DNA of 64,000 nt from Phycisphaerae bacterium (GTDB lineage: Bacteria > Planctomycetota > Phycisphaerae > UBA1845): positions 11,920 through 75,919 of the forward strand of contig JAGVHG010000040.1 of the NCBI GenBank assembly GCA_020056715.1. The letters run 5' to 3'. A model generated the notes under the pieces. The model saw nothing but the letters and a program-made list of their open reading frames with translations, ran no database searches and was not told where the DNA came from. Position 1 is the first letter of the stretch; the number at the start of each line of letters is the position of its first letter. Below, piece by piece: positions 46,676 to 53,386 of the stretch. A program made the position numbers and the translations under genes.

Positions 46676-49600
46676 TTGAAAGGTACCGCTGTGACAAGGC
46701 AGAAAGGCTCCAACATCGTTCGCGTCATCAAGTTCAAATCCCTGGTACTTGTCCTCGGACTTCCAGCTCTGGCGACCGTCACTCAAGGAGGGGTAGAGGT
46801 GCAGCTCGTGCTCAACCCGGACCAGGCGGCTTATTCGCCGAACCAAGTCGTGCAGGTCGACGTCAATCTGGCTCAAGCGCCAGGCGGCAGTGATCAGCTC
46901 TTGCGCATGGTCGAGTTTGATCTGCAAGCCACAAACCCGTTCCTCACGCTCGCTCTCCCGTTGACGCACAACAAAGGGACGCCGGGCACGGGCGATGACA
47001 TCAAGTTTTGGTCGTTCAGTTCGCTTTCAATGTGCGTATCTTTCCCGTCGTTCTGCGGATTCAGGCACCTCATCGACGACGACCGCCCGGCTGGTCCGGT
47101 GGACATGCGGGTGGACGTTCTTTCGATCGCATACTTCGGTTTGACCGCTGATTCGACGGCGCAGATCCTCCTTCCGGCAAGCGGCGTACCGCTGACTATC
47201 GGTCGGTTGCAAGTCACGATGCCGGCGTTCGACGGGGATTTCATGCTGAACCTGGTAAACGCCGGCGACCCCGATCCCGTCCGCGGCACCCATGTGGACT
47301 TTGGCTTCGACTCGCATATCATCTGGGAGGCCCGTCTCGCCGCGCCCAACGATGTGACTGGTGGGACCGTTCTGTTCCATGTTTTTTCACCGCTTGCGAC
47401 ATCGCCGCCATTAATCGCCCTCGAACCCGATATACCGAAAACCCGAGTGCTTTCCTTTAATGTCCCGCCCGCCGGTGGCGGGAACGGTTCCGCGACGGCC
47501 ATCAAGATCACGATGGTCGATTTGCAAAACCCGAATCCGCCGAACTTGCCGCAATACCCACCGCCAAACTTCGGTGCGTACGAGTCTGAAACGTGTATGG
47601 CCGCGGGCGAGATGAACGGGTGTGCCCGCTGGGTGGGCAAGCCGGGGATCTTCCTTGAATCGCAGGACAGTCCGGGCCTGGGGAGCTTCGCCGGCGCACG
47701 CCTGCAGTGCACACCGTACTACCATGACTTCGCGGGCGAAGGCCTGCTTCACGTAACCGGGGCCGAAATCGTCCCCAGCTCCACGTATAAGGTCGAAGTG
47801 TTCGGAAGCAACTGCAATGGCAACGAGAGCACTTGCATGGATGTATCCGCCCCGGTGACGATCGGCACGCGCCGTTCCGGCGACGTGTCCGCGTTGTATC
47901 AGGTACCCTCACCAGCGACTCTGTCCCAGCCCAACGCAGTCGACGTCGCGCAATTGGTCAACAAGTTCAAGAACGTGACGGGCGCTCTGGTGAAAGCGAT
48001 CGCACAGTTGCAACCCAACCTGCCGGAGTTAAACGCGGACGTGAGCGCCTTGGACATCGTGGCGGTGGTGGATGCGTTGAAGGGCTTCGCCTACCCGCTC
48101 AGCGGTCCCTGTCCGTGCCCGTCGACGGTGCCCTGCGGCAGCGTCGCGTGCCCTTCGGGTCCGGCGCCTTGTGTTGCCGCATTCGGCGCCGGCGCTATGT
48201 GCGTGAAGACCTGCACGGGCGGCGCCAACCATGGCGACCCGTGCATCAGCGACACGCACTGTCCCGGCGGAACCTGCGGCAATGCCTTCTGCCGCGATCG
48301 CTGCGGACGGTGCGACGCTCCGAATTGCGACGATCAAAACCCGTGCACGGACGATTCTTATTTGTACGGGGTCTGCGAACACGCCGACAACACCAACTCC
48401 TGCAACGACAACAACGCCTGTACGACGAACGATCATTGCTCCAACGGCTCGTGCAGCGGAACAATCCTTGACTGCAACGACAGCAACGAGTGTACGGACG
48501 ATTCGTGCAATCCAGCGAGCGGGTGTGTCCTTGTGAACAACTCCAATTCCTGCACCGATGGGTTGTTCTGCAACGGAAGCGATACGTGCAGCGGCGGGAA
48601 CTGTGGTTTACACTCGGGTAACCCGTGTCCGTCCAACACCACTTGCGACGAAGCAACGCAAACATGTATGCCGAGGGGCAGCGTGATATCGTTCAAAGCG
48701 GTCAAGAGAAACAACGTGGCGATCACGCCGACCAACAACCTTACAGTCCTCGGGGGCGACACGATCGAAGTGGAGCTCTTCCTTTCCAACTGGATCAACG
48801 ACTTTCCAGTCGATGACATTCCCAATAATGTCCGTCTCTTTCAAGTGAAACTTGACCGTGAGCGGTACGTCAGTCCCGATAATGGAACCGCCAAGCCGCT
48901 GGGCTGGTGCGGGCCGGTGGAGAGGATCAACTGCACAGGGTCGGCTACTTGTCCACCCGAGTACCCCATTTGCCTAACGCCTGCGGGGTGCACGTGCTCA
49001 CCGCACAATCCGGACCTTGGGGGGTTCATTACCACGTCGCGAACGGACTTCCTGCTTTTCGGACTGGACGGGCCTACACCCCAATGCGTCACTTCAGTCA
49101 TTGACTATACATACTATGGGGTAGCCGCGGACAGCTCAGTGCCGGACACGGGAGTGCCCCGCTATCTCGGCACCTTGATCCTAAAGGTGTCCGCGAACGC
49201 CTGCGGCACATTCACCATCGGCTTCGTCCAAGAAATCGGGAATACGTTCATCGCCGATCCGGCTCCTAAGCCGAATGTGGCGTTGCCGGCTTTGCAGCCG
49301 CTCCTTCTTACGGTTAGCGATTGTTCGCAGCAGCTTTTGTCTTGTAGCCCCGGTCACTGCAACATTGATGCCCGCATCGCCCACGACCGGCACGACCAGA
49401 ACATAAAGAAAAATACGAACCGGATGGTGATGACTTTCAGTAAACCGACCACGGGAATGACGGCGGCGGACTTTGAAATCACGGTTGTTCCCTACGATCC
49501 CATTAATGATATCATCCCCACCATTAGCATCTTAACGCCGAACGGAACGGACCCGAAGATAACAACCCTCACCCTCAACCGCCGCATCCAGCAGACGCGT

Positions 49601-49927
49601 TGGACGTGTATCCGCGAAAAGGGGAGTAACAAACGCTGCTGCATGGGCAGCCTTCCCGCGGATGCGCACAACAACCTCATCAGCCAACCGGACGACGTGT
49701 TTGAAGTCATCAACAATCTCCAAGGCTGCTTAAACCCGCCTAGCTGCTCAGATCCCCTTCTCCCGATAGAACGGTGCGACGCCGACCGCAACCTGCAGTG
49801 CTTACCGGCGGACCTCCTCATGGTCGTCGACCTGCTCAACGGGGCCGATGCGTTCACCGAAGTCAACGGCGACACGCTTCCAGCGCTCTTCAATCGCGCG
49901 TGCCCGTCGATGAATTTGGCTCCGTAG
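46676..49927 (+). CDS. large secreted protein with Dictyostelium-type Cys-rich (CTDC-like) repeats and a dockerin/EF-hand-like C-terminus
   Basis: Signal-like N-terminus (FKSLVLVLGLPALATV). A central run of C.D.N.CT.D.C repeats (NCDDQNPCTDDS, SCNDNNACTTNDHC, DCNDSNECTDDSCN and others). Two C-terminal D.N..I...D segments. Start is TTG 46676 or GTG 46691. Confidence 0.8.
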   Translation: MKGTAVTRQKGSNIVRVIKFKSLVLVLGLPALATVTQGGVEVQLVLNPDQAAYSPNQVVQVDVNLAQAPGGSDQLLRMVEFDLQATNPFLTLALPLTHNKGTPGTGDDIKFWSFSSLSMCVSFPSFCGFRHLIDDDRPAGPVDMRVDVLSIAYFGLTADSTAQILLPASGVPLTIGRLQVTMPAFDGDFMLNLVNAGDPDPVRGTHVDFGFDSHIIWEARLAAPNDVTGGTVLFHVFSPLATSPPLIALEPDIPKTRVLSFNVPPAGGGNGSATAIKITMVDLQNPNPPNLPQYPPPNFGAYESETCMAAGEMNGCARWVGKPGIFLESQDSPGLGSFAGARLQCTPYYHDFAGEGLLHVTGAEIVPSSTYKVEVFGSNCNGNESTCMDVSAPVTIGTRRSGDVSALYQVPSPATLSQPNAVDVAQLVNKFKNVTGALVKAIAQLQPNLPELNADVSALDIVAVVDALKGFAYPLSGPCPCPSTVPCGSVACPSGPAPCVAAFGAGAMCVKTCTGGANHGDPCISDTHCPGGTCGNAFCRDRCGRCDAPNCDDQNPCTDDSYLYGVCEHADNTNSCNDNNACTTNDHCSNGSCSGTILDCNDSNECTDDSCNPASGCVLVNNSNSCTDGLFCNGSDTCSGGNCGLHSGNPCPSNTTCDEATQTCMPRGSVISFKAVKRNNVAITPTNNLTVLGGDTIEVELFLSNWINDFPVDDIPNNVRLFQVKLDRERYVSPDNGTAKPLGWCGPVERINCTGSATCPPEYPICLTPAGCTCSPHNPDLGGFITTSRTDFLLFGLDGPTPQCVTSVIDYTYYGVAADSSVPDTGVPRYLGTLILKVSANACGTFTIGFVQEIGNTFIADPAPKPNVALPALQPLLLTVSDCSQQLLSCSPGHCNIDARIAHDRHDQNIKKNTNRMVMTFSKPTTGMTAADFEITVVPYDPINDIIPTISILTPNGTDPKITTLTLNRRIQQTRWTCIREKGSNKRCCMGSLPADAHNNLISQPDDVFEVINNLQGCLNPPSCSDPLLPIERCDADRNLQCLPADLLMVVDLLNGADAFTEVNGDTLPALFNRACPSMNLAP

Positions 49928-50111
49928 GGACTTGTTAAAAAGAGCAGGCTCTCGGTCGAAGGGAGCGATCGCAGATGACCGCCTATCGGCACTTGCGGCG
50001 CTGTTCGAATGTCTTAATCGAGTACTGTCCGCGCCACTGGGTGAGGTGGCATTGACCGATGTGTGTGCCCAGCGCGGCTTCGTAGGTTGACGAGTCACGT
50101 GCCCTCGCACC

Positions 50112-50537
50112 TCAGCCGAAAAAGGCGACGACGCCGACCCCGAAGTGCCGTGACAATGCGCAGATGTGCGATTTGGTTAAGTCTCTGCTGCCTGAGAGGA
50201 TCATGGACGTCGCAGACTCCCCAACGTCCAAGAGCCTTGCCAACTCTCTCTGTGTCATTCGGCGTTCGGCCATGAGATGTCGCAGTACGTCGATTCCCTT
50301 CGCCTTTGGCAGCTTCGGATCGTGATGGGCCTGTTCGAATTCGCGAATCAGCACGACGAGGGCATCAAGGTATTGCCCTTCGCCGGCGGTGAGCTTTCGA
50401 CACAGGCCGATGAGACTGCCGGACACCTTCAAAGCTTCTGCATGTTGGGCGTTGCTTTGTACCTTCTTTAGTGGAAACGTTTGCACAAGAGTAAGGTAAT
50501 CGTCTTTCCGGTCAGTGGCGAGGGTTTTGGGCATCAT
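50112..50537 (-). CDS. higA: HigA-type antitoxin (XRE-family HTH)
   Basis: C-terminal HTH MTQRELARLLDVGESATSMILSG. AGGAG lies 5 nt upstream of ATG 50537, inside the end of higB. Confidence 0.82.
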   Translation of the reverse strand: MMPKTLATDRKDDYLTLVQTFPLKKVQSNAQHAEALKVSGSLIGLCRKLTAGEGQYLDALVVLIREFEQAHHDPKLPKAKGIDVLRHLMAERRMTQRELARLLDVGESATSMILSGSRDLTKSHICALSRHFGVGVVAFFG

Positions 50538-50545
50538 CGTCGCTC

Positions 50546-50866
50546 CTATCCGTATCGCTTCTTCCACTTGTCTTTCGAATATTCGGCGTGCGTGAGGACT
50601 TCTACAACCTGTACGAGTTGCTCTTTGTAGCCGATCTGGGTCAGCAATCGGTAATCGTTCCCGCCCGCATTGAACACCGTCACAACCATTTTCTTCTCAC
50701 CGCTTCCTAGAACGACGCCATCGGCAGAGGGGTACATCCTCTTTAAGTCCAAGAGGCTTTGCCAGCTTGCGGCCATGACGACAGTGCGCCATGCTTCGAG
50801 CCAAGCCCTGACCTGGGGATGTTTCTTCGCCGCTCGGTCAAGTTCGATGGCGTTGAGCAGTTCCAC
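50546..50866 (-). CDS. higB: HigB-family mRNA interferase toxin
   Basis: 106 aa. The pattern ...SWQSLLDLKRMYPSADGV...VFNAGGNDYRLLTQIGYKEQLVQVVEVLTHAEYSKDKW matches the HigB_toxin family. GTG start. Confidence 0.85.
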   Translation of the reverse strand: MELLNAIELDRAAKKHPQVRAWLEAWRTVVMAASWQSLLDLKRMYPSADGVVLGSGEKKMVVTVFNAGGNDYRLLTQIGYKEQLVQVVEVLTHAEYSKDKWKKRYG

Positions 50867-50869
50867 GCC

Positions 50870-50903
50870 TTCACATTATGTGAAACATGGGTGAGAATGT
50901 CAA
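50870..50903 (-). promoter_or_regulatory. higBA promoter with an overlapping palindromic operator candidate
   Basis: The minus strand reads TTGACA (50903-50898), 17 nt, CATAAT (50880-50875), then 8 nt to the GTG. The perfect 15-bp palindrome TTCACATTATGTGAA (50870-50884) covers the -10. The transcript would be nearly leaderless. Confidence 0.5.
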
Positions 50904-50952
50904 GCGGGATACGTATATTTTCAGACGTCCCATAAGCAAGTGCGGGTAGCGC

Positions 50953-51279
50953 TTAGTCGAGCACTTCCACGCCGCTGGCGGTGTTGATGTGTTCGGCCTG
51001 GAGGGCGACCTTGCGGTATCCGAGGTACTGCATGATCTCGAAAACCTCAGTCCAACTAGGGAAGGGGCGCTCGTTGATCTTCTTGTACTCGTCGATGGCC
51101 ATGATGAATTCGAGCAGCTCGCCGGTGATTTCCCCTTCTTCAGCCGCTCGACGGACTTCGCCGCGACGCCGCCCCGGGCCGCGACGACGGTCCATGCCGA
51201 CGCGACGCTCCACGCTCCCGCGCCGCGCGCCTCCGCTTGCGTCTCCGCCGCGATGGGGTCCTGTATACGTTGCCGTCAT
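50953..51279 (-). CDS. small protein of unknown function: Arg-rich N-terminus plus a compact helical C-terminal domain
   Basis: 108 aa. Sequence: GARRGSVERRVGMDRRRGPGRRRGEVRR, then ELLEFIMAIDEYKKINERPFPSWTEVFEIMQYLGYRKV. No family recognised. Confidence 0.55.
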   Translation of the reverse strand: MTATYTGPHRGGDASGGARRGSVERRVGMDRRRGPGRRRGEVRRAAEEGEITGELLEFIMAIDEYKKINERPFPSWTEVFEIMQYLGYRKVALQAEHINTASGVEVLD

Positions 51280-51377
51280 ACTGACGGAATCGGCTAGAAA
51301 GGAGGCAGCCTTAACGAGAGAGGGGTATCCGCAAAAAGGTAGCGTAGGAGACGAGATACGGCGACCTTATCAGCCGT

Positions 51378-51407
51378 CAGGCACAGGGCCCTTGAGCCCT
51401 GTGCCGA
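51378..51407 (+). repeat. 30-nt hairpin module (CAG-N9-CCKTGA-N9'-CGA family)
   Basis: cag gcacagggc ccttga gccctgtgc cga. The 9-bp stem is perfect. Confidence 0.8.
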
Positions 51408-51482
51408 CGAATCAATTCCAACAGGCGCTTATCGGATTGCAGCACTTATCGGCGCCTGGCGGGGGAGCAAGGACGGACACAG

Positions 51483-51518
51483 CCGAGCGATCAGGAATTA
51501 CCGAGCGATCAGGAATTA
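51483..51518. repeat. perfect 2 x 18-bp tandem repeat
   Basis: ccgagcgatcaggaatta twice (51483-51500 and 51501-51518). The second unit supplies the stop codon of the acidic-tail ORF. Confidence 0.85.
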
Positions 51519-51788
51519 CTCTTCCTCTTCTTCCACCTCGTCATCGTCATCATCGTCCTCATCGTCGGCATCGTCGTCGGCGAGGAGTTCATCCTCCTCC
51601 TCTTCCTCCTCTTCTTCTTCTTCATCCGCGGCGATGTCGTCGTCCCAGGCCTTGGGGACGGGGGAATCCAACAACATAAGGATGTCTCTCTTCCGCTCAC
51701 GGTACGCCTGAGGGGGGCCGACTCGCAGGCCGAGCCAACCCACAAGCCCGCTCTGCTCAACCAGGAGCCGATCGCACTGATTTAACAT
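51516..51788 (-). CDS. small protein with an extreme poly-acidic C-terminal tail (function unknown)
   Basis: MLNQCDRLLVEQSGLVGWLGLRVGPPQAYRERKRDILMLLDSPVPKAW, then ~45 residues almost entirely D/E. Coding status is uncertain (weak RBS, low-complexity tail). Confidence 0.45.
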   Translation of the reverse strand: MLNQCDRLLVEQSGLVGWLGLRVGPPQAYRERKRDILMLLDSPVPKAWDDDIAADEEEEEEEEEEDELLADDDADDEDDDDDDEVEEEEE

Positions 51789-52014
51789 GTTCGTCGTTCT
51801 CACTGGACCCACGTTCGATCACGCCTGACCGGGCACCCGCGACGCCTCGCGCCTGCACCCGCGTCTTGAGAAGCGGGCAAAGTCTAGTCCGCCGCAAACC
51901 GCCGTCAAGGGGGAAATTTGACCTTCTTGGGAGCCTAATTTTATGCCGCCGGGGGCCTCTCGTTGCCTCCCCCAGGGTGGCGAGTCACAATCCCCCGTCA
52001 GCCGGACCGCCGGT

Positions 52015-52044
52015 CAGCCAAAACGCCCTTGAGCGGTTTGGCGG
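52015..52044 (+). repeat. 30-nt hairpin module
   Basis: cag ccaaaacgc ccttga gcggtttgg cgg. 8 of 9 stem pairs. A truncated head (cag ccggaccgc cggtca) directly precedes it. Confidence 0.75.
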
Positions 52045-52081
52045 ACTTGTTGCCCCTGTGTACGGCGAGGGATCATAAGCG

Positions 52082-52681
52082 ATGCTGCTGACCCGGCGGG
52101 AACTCCCGGTCCTGATCGTCAACCTCATCTACATCCCCGTTTTCACCATCATCGCCCTACGTGAACTGAACTTCGAATTTTTACTTTACATCGGAGTCGT
52201 CCTGGTCGTGGGGGCTTTGGTGGTTTGGAAGCAGCGGAAGGTGCGGTTCGACCTGACGATTCTTTGGGGGTTGACCATATGGGGCCTGCTGCACATGGCC
52301 GGGGGGAACATCCAGGTCGGCGACGATGTGCTCTACGGCCTACAATTGATCCCCGTTGTCCTACGCTACGATCAACTCGTCCATACCTTCGGCTTCGGGA
52401 CGGCCACGCTCGTATGCTACCATCTGCTTCAACCGTATCTACGCGAGGGCATCGACCGTTGGCGTACGCTTTCCGTCCTGATCGTGTTCATGGGTTGCGG
52501 ATTGGGGGCCATCAACGAGATCATTGAGTTCATTGCGGTGAAGACCATCAAGGACACCCATGTCGGCGGTTATGACAACACGCTTTGGGACCTGATCTTC
52601 AACCTCATCGGCGGCGTCTTCGCCGTCGGCTGGCTCACCGTACGGAAACAACGACGGCGGCGAAGAGGCGCTCGGCAATAG
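52082..52681 (+). CDS. integral membrane protein (DUF2238/YjdF-like pattern; tentative)
   Basis: 199 aa, about 6 hydrophobic segments, motifs YDQLVHTFGFG and INEIIEF. Arg-rich C-terminus. Confidence 0.6.
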   Translation: MLLTRRELPVLIVNLIYIPVFTIIALRELNFEFLLYIGVVLVVGALVVWKQRKVRFDLTILWGLTIWGLLHMAGGNIQVGDDVLYGLQLIPVVLRYDQLVHTFGFGTATLVCYHLLQPYLREGIDRWRTLSVLIVFMGCGLGAINEIIEFIAVKTIKDTHVGGYDNTLWDLIFNLIGGVFAVGWLTVRKQRRRRRGARQ

Positions 52682-52760
52682 CCCGCTCTACTCTCAACTT
52701 TCATTAGACATGGTCCGCAGAATTGCTACATACAGCGGATGGGCTTCGTTTGGTCCGCAA

Positions 52761-52800
52761 CAGCCCAAACGCCCTTGAGTCCGCCTGCGGCGGAGGCGAG
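52761..52800 (+). repeat. composite hairpin module (head, first arm and loop, then the palindrome tccgcc-tgc-ggcgga)
   Basis: cag cccaaacgc ccttga g tccgcctgcggcgga ggcgag. 36 of 37 nt are identical to 53823-53859. Confidence 0.8.
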
Positions 52801-52816
52801 GTGACTACCTTCAACA

Positions 52817-52890
52817 TGCGCCCGGCGGGATTCGAACCTGCGACCCCCGGTTTAGGAAACCGGTGCTCTATCCAACTGAGCTACGAGCGC
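52817..52890 (-). tRNA. tRNA-Arg (anticodon CCU)
   Basis: Reverse complement: GCGCTCGTAGCTCAGTTGGATAGAGCACCGGTTTCCTAAACCGGGGGTCGCAGGTTCGAATCCCGCCGGGCGCA. It has a 7-bp acceptor stem (one G-U pair), D-arm GCTCAGTTGGATAGAGC, anticodon stem CCGGT/ACCGG with loop TTCCTAA, and T-arm GCAGG-TTCGAATC-CCGCC-type. No encoded CCA. Confidence 0.9.
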
Positions 52891-52896
52891 TCGAAA

Positions 52897-52926
52897 CAGA
52901 CCAAACGCCCGTGAGCGTTTGGGCGA
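52897..52926 (+). repeat. 30-nt hairpin module
   Basis: cag accaaacgc ccgtga gcgtttggg cga. It lies 7 nt from the tRNA-Arg 5' end. Confidence 0.8.
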
Positions 52927-53009
52927 CGTCAACACTTCAAACGGGCGAGGCAACCACTCCAACCATCGTAACCGTAGGAACCGAGAACCCCAAGGCTGCG
53001 GTCGCCCGC

Positions 53010-53090
53010 GAAGATTGAAGATTGAAGTCCGAAGTCCGAAAATGGCGGAACGCCGATTGCCGTCCGGCCTTCGATCTTCGGACTTCTTCG
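53010..53090. repeat. family B (GAAG/GATCGAAG) inverted-repeat element
   Basis: gaagattgaagattgaagtccgaagtccgaa ... ccttcgatcttcggacttcttcg. The arms are related to those at 24986 and 56132. Confidence 0.6.
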
Positions 53091-53135
53091 TCCGGGAATG
53101 GTCCCCTTTAGAACGCCGCGAACCCTTCATCCCGT

Positions 53136-53165
53136 CAGTTCCACGACCCGTGAGTCGTGGAACGA
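53136..53165 (+). repeat. 30-nt hairpin module
   Basis: cag ttccacgac ccgtga gtcgtggaa cga. The 9-bp stem is perfect. Confidence 0.8.
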
Positions 53166-53273
53166 GGACTCTAACGGCTGATAAACCATTCGTGCATTCG
53201 CGCTTCCGAAGGTGGTCTCGCCCAAAAGTGCTTGAAGTGAAGGGCGGCAGTTCCGCAAACGATAACGATGCAG

Positions 53274-53346
53274 GGAAATGTGGAAACGCCGAAGCCGGGA
53301 AAAGCCGAAATTTCGGCGTTTCAGCGTTTTGACTTTTCCGTTTCGG
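53274..53346. repeat. family A ~74-nt palindromic element (GAAACGCCGAAA type)
   Basis: ggaaatgtggaaacgccgaagccgggaaaagccgaaatttcggcgtttcagcgttttgacttttccgtttcgg. The whole element folds on the centre gaaatttc. Confidence 0.75.
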
Positions 53347-53356
53347 ACGGGGTCGT

Positions 53357-53386
53357 CAGCGGCAAGGCCGGTGAGCCTTGCCGCGA
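53357..53386 (+). repeat. 30-nt hairpin module (loop variant CGGTGA)
   Basis: cag cggcaaggc cggtga gccttgccg cga. The 9-bp stem is perfect. It contains the TTG (53378) that the ORF track uses as the kinase start. Confidence 0.75.

Noticed and set aside
46725-46745. gttcaaatccc, reminiscent of a tRNA T-loop
   Set aside because: No acceptor, D or anticodon stems can be drawn around it, and it lies in the signal-peptide coding region of the large secreted protein.
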